NCBI GenBank assembly: GCA_963654645.1
Contig: CAVKCU010000324.1
Coordinates: forward strand, 1 to 33,741
Length of the DNA: 33,741 nucleotides
Origin: Clostridiales bacterium
GTDB lineage: Bacteria; Bacillota; Clostridia; Oscillospirales; Ruminococcaceae
Direction of reading: 5' to 3'
Under the pieces are notes generated by a model that saw nothing but the letters and a program-made list of their open reading frames with translations, did no database searches and was not told the origin of the DNA. The position numbers and the translations under genes were made by a program. Positions 8,270-16,081 of the stretch are shown here, in pieces. How positions within the stretch are numbered: the first letter of the stretch is position 1; every line of letters begins with the position of its first letter.

Positions 8270-9703
8270 CTACACCCTGTAAAATCTCGCCCTCCGGTGC
8301 AGTTCCAGCGGGTCGTCCCCCACCGGAGGCTGCACAGTATGCCGGGGCGGGGAAATGGGATTTTCCATCAGCACATAGCGGCACTCGTCATAGATATGGT
8401 CCTCCTGCCGGGTGTCGATGTCCTCTACATTGCTCTCGTCATAGACCAGGTTCGGGAGGGTGCGGATGAAGTGCCTGCAGGTGCTGAACACCTGAAACAT
8501 GGGCCGCCCCTCCCCATCGAACGCCAGCCGGTAGTGGAACTGCATCTTCCCCGCCAGGCGGGTGTGGTCACCGGGGACCCAGTGGAGAAAATGGGGGCCC
8601 CGCTCCATCATGGCGGCAATGCTCTCGCCCCGGCTCTCATCAAAGATGGCAGGGTCAGCCACCCCCAGAATGGTGCGGCCCTTGAGCATCGGGTCGTTCT
8701 GCTCTGCCTCCCGGATCCGCTTTGCCTGCTCCACCGGATCGATGCGCAGGCCCTCGTTGGGGCGGCCCGTGCAGCCGTACAGCTCCTTGATGCGGTAAAG
8801 CCTGCCCTCCTCATCCGCCGCGTACCACCCCACCGAGAACGGCTTCGAGAAACCGAAATCGTACCCCCGGTAGATCTTCCAGTGTCTGGGGATGGCAAAG
8901 GGCGCAATGACATGGGTCCAGCGCTGGTCCTGATAATGCCCCGGGTCGTTCCGCCACTCGGTGAACACCTGCCCCGAAAAGCTGTCCCAGCTGCCATAGA
9001 GCAGGGCCTGCTTTTCCGCTTCGGGCAGGCTTGCCAGACTGGCAAGGTAGTCCGGGTCATTTTCCAGCAGGGCGGGGTTGTCGAACACGCTGGACGGGAT
9101 AAACACCCTTGCCCGCTCCAGCACCTTCTCGGTTCCGTCCGGCATCCGCACTGGGAACTGCTCCACAATGGGGGTGCCGGGCGGGGCAGGCGTGATGAAC
9201 CGTGCTTTCACCCAGCCGTGCCCCACACCGCCGGGATTGGTAGTGGCCCGCAGGTAGACCCGGGTGCCCGGGCCGGTAGGGCGGTTGCGGCTCATCATAT
9301 AGCTGTACTCTTCCCACTCGAAATGGGTCAGCTCATCGAACCCGATGAAGTCGAAGGCCTTGCCCTGATAATTTGTGCGATCCTTGGTGTACTGCATGGA
9401 ACCAAAGTAGATCTTGGCCCCGCTGGGGAACACCCACACATGGCTGGTGGCGTTGTACTGCGCCGTAGGAAAAGCCCGCTTGTAGTAGGCCATGCTCTTG
9501 TCCACCAGATCACTGAGCTGGGGGTAGGTCTTGCGCAGGATGAGCCCCCGATAGTGGGGGATGTGCACCTGCCGCAGGGCCTCGATCACCAGCGCGTCAC
9601 TCTTGCCGCCGCCTGCCGCGCCCCCGTACAGGGCTTCCGGTTCCGGGCGGCGCATGAACTCCGCCTGCCGGGGCTGGGGCCGCCATACGATCTCTGCATT
9701 CAT
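8270..9703 (-). CDS. terL: Terminase large subunit, 477 aa
   Basis: Walker A YGGAAGGGKS, Walker B FIGFDE, motif ATTNPGGVGHGW, nuclease motifs GYDFG and DHIYDECRY. Start MNAEIVW (ATG 9703, GGAGG RBS, ATGA overlap). Confidence 0.95.
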   Translation of the reverse strand: MNAEIVWRPQPRQAEFMRRPEPEALYGGAAGGGKSDALVIEALRQVHIPHYRGLILRKTYPQLSDLVDKSMAYYKRAFPTAQYNATSHVWVFPSGAKIYFGSMQYTKDRTNYQGKAFDFIGFDELTHFEWEEYSYMMSRNRPTGPGTRVYLRATTNPGGVGHGWVKARFITPAPPGTPIVEQFPVRMPDGTEKVLERARVFIPSSVFDNPALLENDPDYLASLASLPEAEKQALLYGSWDSFSGQVFTEWRNDPGHYQDQRWTHVIAPFAIPRHWKIYRGYDFGFSKPFSVGWYAADEEGRLYRIKELYGCTGRPNEGLRIDPVEQAKRIREAEQNDPMLKGRTILGVADPAIFDESRGESIAAMMERGPHFLHWVPGDHTRLAGKMQFHYRLAFDGEGRPMFQVFSTCRHFIRTLPNLVYDESNVEDIDTRQEDHIYDECRYVLMENPISPPRHTVQPPVGDDPLELHRRARFYRV

Positions 9704-9984
9704 ACGTCCTCCACGGCTGGCAGAAGCACCACGCCGCACGCCCGGGCCTCGGCATCCGCGCCCTGATCGTTCAGGGTCTTGGCCACCGCGGCCAGATCCT
9801 TCAGCACCGCCGTAGCCTCCTTGAGCCCCTTCATCAGGGCGGGGTCAGAGCCATCGCCACGCTGGACCTTCTGCCGGACGTTCAGTTCCTTGACCTCCTG
9901 CGCCAGCATAGTGCTCAAGGTGTCGGTGGCCTTGTGCAGGCTGACAAGGCTCTTGTCCCTGCCCGGCTGTTTTGCTTGCGCCAT
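9700..9984 (-). CDS. Putative terminase small subunit, 94 aa
   Basis: First gene of the cluster, ATGA-coupled to terL. Two predicted helices plus a C-terminal GVVLLPAV strand. Confidence 0.65.
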   Translation of the reverse strand: MAQAKQPGRDKSLVSLHKATDTLSTMLAQEVKELNVRQKVQRGDGSDPALMKGLKEATAVLKDLAAVAKTLNDQGADAEARACGVVLLPAVEDV

Positions 9985-10021
9985 CCTGTGTTCTCACATC
10001 CTTTCTGTTTGGCTTGGCACA

Positions 10022-10030
10022 AGGATACCA
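10022..10030 (-). promoter_or_regulatory. Possible extended -10 promoter of the phage-like cluster
   Basis: TGgTATCCT about 40 nt upstream of the terS ATG; no well-spaced -35. Confidence 0.3.
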
Positions 10031-10216
10031 GCTTTTCGTCTCCTGCAACAGCGCGCACTTTCACAGGGCCGTTTTGTACTTTTCGTATCACAGAATCCAA
10101 TCCGTATAAAATAATCTTTCATTTTTTATCGCTGTATCGCACCGTGCAGAAATCTCCGTTTTTCTCCCGGATTTTCCATGCGCAAGTACATCAGGATCGT
10201 GAAGCGCCTTTTGCGC

Positions 10217-10271
10217 AAAAAAGCAGGCACTCCGCCCGCCCCGTCCGGGGCAAAGGCAGAGTGCCTGCTTT
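10217..10271 (-). terminator. Intrinsic terminator of the M16 peptidase gene, insulating the cluster
   Basis: aaagcaggcactc...gagtgcctgcttt stem with a 6-T tail on the minus strand. Confidence 0.85.
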
Positions 10272-10297
10272 CGTTACAGATTCAGTTTCGGTTCTGC

Positions 10298-13051
10298 TTA
10301 CAGGGTCTCGATGCGGTCAAACAGCTGCTTGCCTGCTTCCACAGCGTCCTTGCTGCCAAAGGCTACACGGGTGGCGTTTGCCATCCGGTCTGCAAGGTCT
10401 GCGGCCTGTGCCCGGACCGTTTCAGCTGTCACGCTGCACATGGCCTTGCGGTCTGCGGCCAGCATGGCATCGGTGATGCCGCAGAAGTACCGGCGGTCCA
10501 GCTCCTTGGCCTCAGCGTTGGGCTTTTTGGGCGAATCCATCTCGGACACCGCGCCCACGATAAACTCGGTCAGGTCTTTTTCGGTGTACTCCCGGCCTGC
10601 CAGCACCTCGGGGGCCTTGGCAAAGGTCTCGTAGCTCTCAGTCAGGTGGGGGTCACGGTAGGTGTACAGTCCCTCGGTCTGGGCACGGGTCAGCATTCCG
10701 GTGCCGTAAGCGCCGCCCACCTCACGGATGTTGTGCCACAGGTATTCGTAGCTCATAATGCGGGCCAGCACCCGGCGGTCGGCCTGCCGCTCCATGGGCC
10801 AGGTCAGGATATCATAGTTCACGCCGCCGTCAATGATAAAGGCCTCGTTCACGGGGGCCGTCAGCACCTCTGTGTAGGGCTTGGCAGCGGTGCGGCCCTG
10901 GGCTGCAAAGGCACTGCCGGGCAGCAGGGCACGCAGCTTTGCCAGCGCTTCCTCGCTGCCATGCAGGCTGACGGTCAGGGCTGCATGGTTCAGCACTTTT
11001 TCCCGCACCGCCTCCAGCTTTTTGCCCATGGCGGCCCAGTCGGCCTGTTCCAGCAGGCCGCACAGGAAGTGGTACCCGGTCACGCCGCTGCACCGCTCAC
11101 TCAGGGCATACTCCACTGAGTAGTGGGCGGCGGCACGCACGGCAGCGTACTGGTTGCCCTGCCGGATGAACTGCTGCTCCATGTTCAGCTTCTGCTGGCT
11201 CAGCACCCGGGCAAAGGCTTCCTCGGCCTTGGGGCCGGTCAGGCAGGTCTTGTAGAGGTACTCACTGCCCAGCGCAATGGCCTTGTCCAGATTCCGCTCC
11301 AACAGGCTCATGTTCCAGGTGAGCTTTGCGTGGCAGGGGCTGCCCTCCTGCCGCCCGGTCCAGAAGCTGATGCAGGCCATGCTGTTGCCCAGCCAGGTGG
11401 CGCGCTGGGTCTGCAGCTCCCGGGCAGTGTGCTCCGGGGTATCCAGCTCGTCCAGAATATCGGTCAGCAGGTCAAGATACTGCACCTCTTCCGGGGTGCA
11501 CTCGCCCAGGTCGTAGTAGAAATTCAGATACAGGCTGCCCTTGGAGGGGTGGTGCAGCAGCTCCGCACCGGCCAGCGGTTCCACCGTACCGGCAGCGCTC
11601 CTGTCACCATCGCCCAGGTCGGCCACCGTCAGCGGATGGTCCAGCACCAGCTTGCCGTCGCTGCGGGCGGGGGCAGCATCCTCTTCGTCCTTCTTGGGCA
11701 GGGTCGGGGTCTGGATGACCTGCACCGGCTCGGCCAGCAGCAGATCCTTCAGCAGGTCATTGAACCAGCCGGTGGAGAGCTTCTCCCGCAGGGAAGCAAA
11801 CAGTTTGTCGGTGTGGAGCAGCAGGGCCGGGTCGCCGGTGTGGAGCCAGCCGGTGGCGGCATAGATGGCATCCAGCACACCGTCGGGCAGGCTGCCCGGG
11901 CGCTCCAGGGAGGCAAACTCCATGGCGTTCAGGCTGGCCAGCAGCAGCTCCTCGGGGATGCCCCCTGCCAGCAGGTCGGTCACAGCCTGTTTCACGCCAG
12001 CTGCAAATTTGGGGGCAGTCTCTGCGGTGGCCCCCCGCAGCACCAGCTCCAGCGTGGGCTGCAGGGTGCTGTCGTCAAAGCCAATGTCGATATCCGCACC
12101 CAGCTTCTGCTCCAGCAAAGCTGCCTTCAGCGGGGACTGGTTTGTGCCCAGCAGGGCATCCAGCAGGATCTCCACGCCCAGCTGGCGCTCCCGGTCAGCA
12201 AACGCGCCGGTGTACCAGGCCAGTGCACACTGTACCTGATCCGGCTCGGGATTCTCGGTGTAGTACGGGATGTGCACACGCACACCGTTCTGCTGGTCCT
12301 GCACCGTCAGCCGGGGGCGGCTGGTGCCCTTGGGCATCCTGCTCAGGTAGTGCTCATCCAGAAACGCCAGCTTCTCGGCCATATCCATCTTGCCGTACAG
12401 GGTGATGCAGCAGTTGTCGGCACTGTAATGACGGCGGTACACCCGCTGGTATTTTTCATAGGTCAGGGCCGGGATGGAGGCCGGGTCGCCGCCGGACACA
12501 AAGCCGTAGGCCGTATCCGGGAACATGGCCCGTTCCAGCGCGTTCTGCAGCTGCGCGTCCGGGGAGGCCAGCGCACCCTGCATCTCATTGTAGACCACAC
12601 CGCTCACCGTGCCGTCCGCGTCCCGGTGCCAGCCCTCCTGCTCGAACACGGCCTTGTCCACCATGGCCAGCGGGCAGAACACGGCGTTCAGGTACACATC
12701 CATCAGGTTCCTGAAGTCGGTCTCGTTGGGGGTGGCAAAGGGATACACCGTCTTGTCCGGGAAGGTCATGGCGTTCAGGAAGGAAGCCATGCTGCTCTTG
12801 AGCAGCTGCAAAAAAGGCGAGGTCACAGGGTACTTCTCGCTGCCCGCCAGCACCGAGTGCTCCAGAATGTGGAACACACCGGTGTCATCGGAGGGGAAGG
12901 TGCCGAAGCCGATGCCGAACGCCTTGTTGTTGTCCTCGTTCTCCACCAGCAGGACAGCGGCCCCGCTCACATCGTGGTTCAGAATCGTCAGCACACCGTG
13001 CTGCTCCGGGCAGTCCTCGCGGCGCACCAGCGTATAACCGGGATAGTTCAT
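10298..13051 (-). CDS. Insulinase-family (M16C, PreP/Cym1-like) Zn metallopeptidase, 917 aa
   Basis: HILEHSVLAGS (HxxEH), FLNAMTFPDKTVYP, GVVYNEMQG, IREVGGAYG, YRDP; RBS AAAGGAG. Confidence 0.95.
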   Translation of the reverse strand: MNYPGYTLVRREDCPEQHGVLTILNHDVSGAAVLLVENEDNNKAFGIGFGTFPSDDTGVFHILEHSVLAGSEKYPVTSPFLQLLKSSMASFLNAMTFPDKTVYPFATPNETDFRNLMDVYLNAVFCPLAMVDKAVFEQEGWHRDADGTVSGVVYNEMQGALASPDAQLQNALERAMFPDTAYGFVSGGDPASIPALTYEKYQRVYRRHYSADNCCITLYGKMDMAEKLAFLDEHYLSRMPKGTSRPRLTVQDQQNGVRVHIPYYTENPEPDQVQCALAWYTGAFADRERQLGVEILLDALLGTNQSPLKAALLEQKLGADIDIGFDDSTLQPTLELVLRGATAETAPKFAAGVKQAVTDLLAGGIPEELLLASLNAMEFASLERPGSLPDGVLDAIYAATGWLHTGDPALLLHTDKLFASLREKLSTGWFNDLLKDLLLAEPVQVIQTPTLPKKDEEDAAPARSDGKLVLDHPLTVADLGDGDRSAAGTVEPLAGAELLHHPSKGSLYLNFYYDLGECTPEEVQYLDLLTDILDELDTPEHTARELQTQRATWLGNSMACISFWTGRQEGSPCHAKLTWNMSLLERNLDKAIALGSEYLYKTCLTGPKAEEAFARVLSQQKLNMEQQFIRQGNQYAAVRAAAHYSVEYALSERCSGVTGYHFLCGLLEQADWAAMGKKLEAVREKVLNHAALTVSLHGSEEALAKLRALLPGSAFAAQGRTAAKPYTEVLTAPVNEAFIIDGGVNYDILTWPMERQADRRVLARIMSYEYLWHNIREVGGAYGTGMLTRAQTEGLYTYRDPHLTESYETFAKAPEVLAGREYTEKDLTEFIVGAVSEMDSPKKPNAEAKELDRRYFCGITDAMLAADRKAMCSVTAETVRAQAADLADRMANATRVAFGSKDAVEAGKQLFDRIETL

Positions 13052-13095
13052 GTTGTTTCTCCTTTGGGTCATATTTTTTCAAAGTGTTTGGCCCT

Positions 13096-13124
13096 ATTGT
13101 ACCACGCCTTCCGGTAAGACGCAA
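13096..13124 (-). promoter_or_regulatory. Sigma-A promoter of the peptidase gene
   Basis: TTGCGT-17-TACAAT with a TG extension. Confidence 0.7.
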
Positions 13125-13138
13125 CGAACAAAAAAAGG

Positions 13139-13266
13139 CCCTCTCCGTCATTGCTGCGCAATGCCACCTCTCCCAAAGGGAGAGGCTATGCTGCCTTTAT
13201 CCAAGGCCCACAATAGGCTCCCCCTTCGGGGGAGCTGGCAAAGCCGAAGGCTTTGACTGAGAGGGT
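13139..13266. repeat. Inverted pair of REP-like units
   Basis: ccctctccgtca...ccacctctcccaaagggagagg and ggctcccccttcgggggagctg...ctgagaggg. Confidence 0.9.
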
Positions 13267-13271
13267 TGTTT

Positions 13272-14516
13272 TTACTTTTGATCCGACACCCGGAACAGCA
13301 CGAATCCAATGACAAACAGCACGATCAGGCTGCCCACGCCCACATTGGCGCTGCCGGTCAGCTGGCTGCCCACACTGACGATCATGGTCCCCAGAAAGGA
13401 TGCGCCCTTGCCGCAGATATCGAACAGTCCGAAGTACTCGCCCGATTTTTCCGGCGGGATGATCTTGGCAAAATGGCTCCGGCTCAGCGCCTGGATGCCG
13501 CCCTGGAACATGCCCACCACAACGGCCAGCACCCAGAACTGCCACTGGTGCTTCAGGAAAAAGGCAAACAGGGCAATGCCCGCGTAGGCTGCGATGCAGA
13601 CCGGAATGAGGGTGCCCGAGGGATACTGCCCGCTCAGCCGCCCGAACACCAGTGCCGAGGGGAAGGCCACGATCTGGGTGACCAGCAGCGCCAGCAGCAG
13701 GCCGGTGGTGTCCAGCCCCAGGGCCGTGCCGTAGGCCGTGGCCATATCGATGATGGTGTACACACCATCGATGTAGCAGAAAAAGGCCAGCAGGAACCAG
13801 AACACCTGCCTGTCCTCTTTCAGGTGGCGGAGGGTATGGCCGATGCGGGCAAAGCTCTGCCGGATGGCATGTTCCTGCACCTCCACAAAGTGCACCTGCT
13901 TATACTGGCGCAGCAGGGGCAGGGTGGTCACCAGCCACCAGACGGCGGTGATAAAGAGGGCAAGGTTCAGCGCCGTCATCTGGGAGATGCCGATGCTCCC
14001 GGCCCCCAGCACCAGCGCCAGACAGACCACAAAGGGCACACAGCTGCCAATGTAACCCCAGGCATAGCCTTTGGAGGAAACCTCATCCATCCGGTCCGGC
14101 ACCGTCACATCGCTGAGCATGGAGTCATAGAACACCAGACTGCCCGAAAAGCCCACCTTGGCAAAGATGAAGATGAGCAGGAACGGCAGCCAGGTGCTTG
14201 CCATCCCCATGGCGCAGCAGCCGATCACGCCCACTGCCACACAGAAGGTGAAGATGGGCTTTTTGAAGTTGCGGGTATCGGCCAGTGTGCCAAGGATCGG
14301 GCTGAGCACCGCCGTGATGACCGTGACCGCCGAGGCCGCATAGCCCCAGTAGGCCAGATATTCCACCGAGCTCAGGCCGCCCTCCTCAGCCAGTGCGTTG
14401 AAGAAGATGGGGATCAGCGTTGCCACCAGCAGCACAAACGCCGAGTTGCCCACATCGTATAAGATCCACGCCCGTTCCAGACCGGTCAGGCGAAATTTTT
14501 GCTTTGCTTCGTTCAT
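13272..14516 (-). CDS. MFS transporter, UMF1/Atg22-like family
   Basis: W.LYDVGNSAF, LGTLAD, VFYDSML, GYAWGYIG, QALSRS, GEYFG motifs; about 12 hydrophobic segments. Confidence 0.9.
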   Translation of the reverse strand: MNEAKQKFRLTGLERAWILYDVGNSAFVLLVATLIPIFFNALAEEGGLSSVEYLAYWGYAASAVTVITAVLSPILGTLADTRNFKKPIFTFCVAVGVIGCCAMGMASTWLPFLLIFIFAKVGFSGSLVFYDSMLSDVTVPDRMDEVSSKGYAWGYIGSCVPFVVCLALVLGAGSIGISQMTALNLALFITAVWWLVTTLPLLRQYKQVHFVEVQEHAIRQSFARIGHTLRHLKEDRQVFWFLLAFFCYIDGVYTIIDMATAYGTALGLDTTGLLLALLVTQIVAFPSALVFGRLSGQYPSGTLIPVCIAAYAGIALFAFFLKHQWQFWVLAVVVGMFQGGIQALSRSHFAKIIPPEKSGEYFGLFDICGKGASFLGTMIVSVGSQLTGSANVGVGSLIVLFVIGFVLFRVSDQK

Positions 14517-14527
14517 TTGCATTCCTC

Positions 14528-15325
14528 TCAAAATTCTCCGAAGGTGTGGTCATAGGCCTTGTCCAGCGGTGCGCCGTTGGAGAGCCCTTCCACATATTCC
14601 GTGATGAGCCGCACTGCCAGCGGGAGAGCCTGCTGATACAGCGCTTCCAGCTCTTTGTCGCTGGCCTCGCACCGGGGATTGGGCTGGAGGTTCGCCACCA
14701 GCCCGTGCATGACATCATAGGTACCTGCCGCTTTCAGGGCCGTCAACACCACCCAACGCTTGACCGGGCTGGTAGCCTGCAGCAGATGGTGCACCCGCAC
14801 CATGCCCCGCATGGCTCCGTAGGTCTCGTCTGCCGTGACATTTTCGTAGAACGGCGCAATGATCTTTGCAAACTCCCGGTTGGGGCGGATATGCCCCGCC
14901 GTGAAAAAGTGCATCGGGTCAAGCCCGTCCTCCCGCATCAGCTGGTTGTCAAACTCCGTCTCGATCTCGCAGTGGCTCACACCGCTTTCCCGGGTGTAGC
15001 GCTCCACATAGGGGTGGCAGGTGCTGTCCAGTGCAAAGTGGCAGACGAACCCCAGCGCATAGGCCAACGCAGCATTCTTGTTGCGGGCCGTGTTCACCAC
15101 ACCCCGGGCCCGGGTAAAGAACACTCGGCCCGGCTGCTCATGCATGGCGTTGCCCAGCCGGTTCACGGGGTTGGACTGCAATGCCCGGTAGTAGAACATC
15201 AGGTCAGGCCCGTGCAGGCCCATATCATACAGCGGCCGGTACGGGGTGATCTTTTCCCGCAGCTCCCTGGGCAGCTGCACCAGAACATCCGCACCAAAGC
15301 GGCGGTGTGCATACGTAGATGGCAT
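14528..15325 (-). CDS. Zinc-dependent phospholipase C family protein, 265 aa
   Basis: MPSTYAH N-terminus, GLHGPD, H.ALD..CHPYV, H...E..FD; start 15325 behind AAGGAGGAGAG. Confidence 0.85.
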   Translation of the reverse strand: MPSTYAHRRFGADVLVQLPRELREKITPYRPLYDMGLHGPDLMFYYRALQSNPVNRLGNAMHEQPGRVFFTRARGVVNTARNKNAALAYALGFVCHFALDSTCHPYVERYTRESGVSHCEIETEFDNQLMREDGLDPMHFFTAGHIRPNREFAKIIAPFYENVTADETYGAMRGMVRVHHLLQATSPVKRWVVLTALKAAGTYDVMHGLVANLQPNPRCEASDKELEALYQQALPLAVRLITEYVEGLSNGAPLDKAYDHTFGEF

Positions 15326-15527
15326 ATCCTCTCTCCTCCTTTTCGTACCAGAATCAGTATAGCAGAATCCCATCCCCGCCGCCACCCTTCCGGGTCTGAT
15401 TTGCGTAAAATTTTTGAGATATTTTTCATCACGCCCATCCCATAGCGCAAAAACGCCCCGCCGGTCTCCCGGCAGGGCGCTTTCGCAGGGTGGTATGCAG
15501 ACCGGTTCGGTCTGTGAAACACCCGGC

Positions 15528-15545
15528 AGCCAAAAGCCGCCGGGC
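15528..15545 (+). repeat. 18-bp direct repeat, left copy
   Basis: agccaaaagccgccgggc, identical to 16028-16045. Confidence 0.9.
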
Positions 15546-15549
15546 AGCC

Positions 15550-15578
15550 TTGACAAGCCGCTGAAAATTGACTATACT
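15550..15578 (+). promoter_or_regulatory. Sigma-A promoter of putative antitoxin RNA 1
   Basis: TTGACA-17-TATACT; the same promoter/leader recurs on the minus strand at 26814-26842 and 27827-27855. Confidence 0.85.
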
Positions 15579-15584
15579 ACAAAT

Positions 15585-15684
15585 AGAAAAGGTGCTGACC
15601 TCTATCGGTCAGCTTCCCTTCCCGCGAATCAGATCAAAAGAGATTGACTGTCAGGTTTCGGAGCTGAGGCAGTCAATCTTTTTT
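15585..15684 (+). ncRNA. Putative type I antitoxin RNA 1 (~100 nt, ends approximate)
   Basis: Runs from a consensus promoter to the terminator agattgactgtc...ggcagtcaatct-ttttt; convergent with and overlapping the 3' end of the small ORF. Confidence 0.7.
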
Positions 15685-15810
15685 GTTATCATCGTTTTTC
15701 CTCTGAGAGATCTTATCCATGACCTCAAAGGTCAATCGGACTACATCAACCATCAAACTCAGCAAGCCAAGAATGAAGGTAAGCAGGGCCAGAGTCTCTA
15801 ACAGATTCAT
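15673..15810 (-). CDS. Putative type I toxin peptide, 45 aa (not in the ORF track)
   Basis: MNLLETLALLTFILGLLSLMVDVVRLTFEVMDKISQRKNDDNKKD; RBS AAGGGAGG; hydrophobic N-terminus and charged tail. Confidence 0.8.
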   Translation of the reverse strand: MNLLETLALLTFILGLLSLMVDVVRLTFEVMDKISQRKNDDNKKD

Positions 15811-15976
15811 TCGACATCCCTCCCTTCGCCCGCAGGCTCCGGGAAGTTTCCTTCAAAAAAGTTCCGTTCCCGGAATCCCGCTTCATTCCATGTAATAGAA
15901 TTCGGCGTTCCGGGCAGGAAAGCATGACCACCAATGATACAGGCAGCACCTTTACCGCCGTTCTGGCGGTATTTTT

Positions 15977-16005
15977 ATTATATCAGGGAATCTTTCAAAG
16001 TACAA
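15977..16005 (-). promoter_or_regulatory. Sigma-A promoter of toxin 1 mRNA
   Basis: TTGTAC-17-TATAAT, giving a ~160-nt 5' UTR. Confidence 0.8.
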
Positions 16006-16027
16006 TCTTTTTCTTTCTTACAAGATA

Positions 16028-16065
16028 AGCCAAAAGCCGCCGGGCGTTTTTGACCCGGCGGCTTT
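16028..16065 (-). terminator. murC terminator; its left arm is the right copy of the 18-bp direct repeat
   Basis: aaaagccgccggg-cgtttttga-cccggcggcttt. Confidence 0.85.
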
Positions 16066-16081
16066 CAGCTATTCCAAACGA

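Larger units (their letters stand above)
99..9984 (-). other. Compact phage-derived packaging/virion gene cluster (GTA-like or cryptic prophage remnant)
   Basis: Nine co-oriented intact ORFs in the order TerS-TerL-portal-protease/scaffold-MCP-small-adaptor-nozzle-small-ejection (terS counted with the ATGA-coupled terL gives nine units, ten ORFs in all). No integrase, replication or lysis genes. Bounded by terminators at 60-99 and 10217-10271. Confidence 0.8.

Noticed and set aside
99..9984. Intact inducible prophage or satellite (PICI-like) element
   Set aside because: No integrase, repressor, primase/replication or lysis genes and no att-like repeats seen between two visible host borders. 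A degenerate prophage remnant is not fully excluded.
10298..13051. M16 peptidase as part of the phage-like system
   Set aside because: It has its own promoter and a strong terminator before terS and belongs to a common housekeeping family. The only link is adjacency.
4145..13266. CRISPR array
   Set aside because: The palindromic repeats are dispersed, in inverted pairs and variable in sequence, with no regular spacers and no cas genes.
15430..15527. Hairpin-rich stretch upstream of the PLC-like gene as a riboswitch
   Set aside because: Hairpins are present but match no riboswitch consensus I recognise. A terminator or repeat remnant is more likely; an Rfam scan would settle it.
15568..15801. 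ORFs sharing TILQxEK (15568-15801, 26780-27052, 27637-27855) as a protein family
   Set aside because: The shared peptide is just the translation of the conserved antitoxin promoter/leader (TTGACTATACTACAAA). No RBS, and the rest is unrelated.
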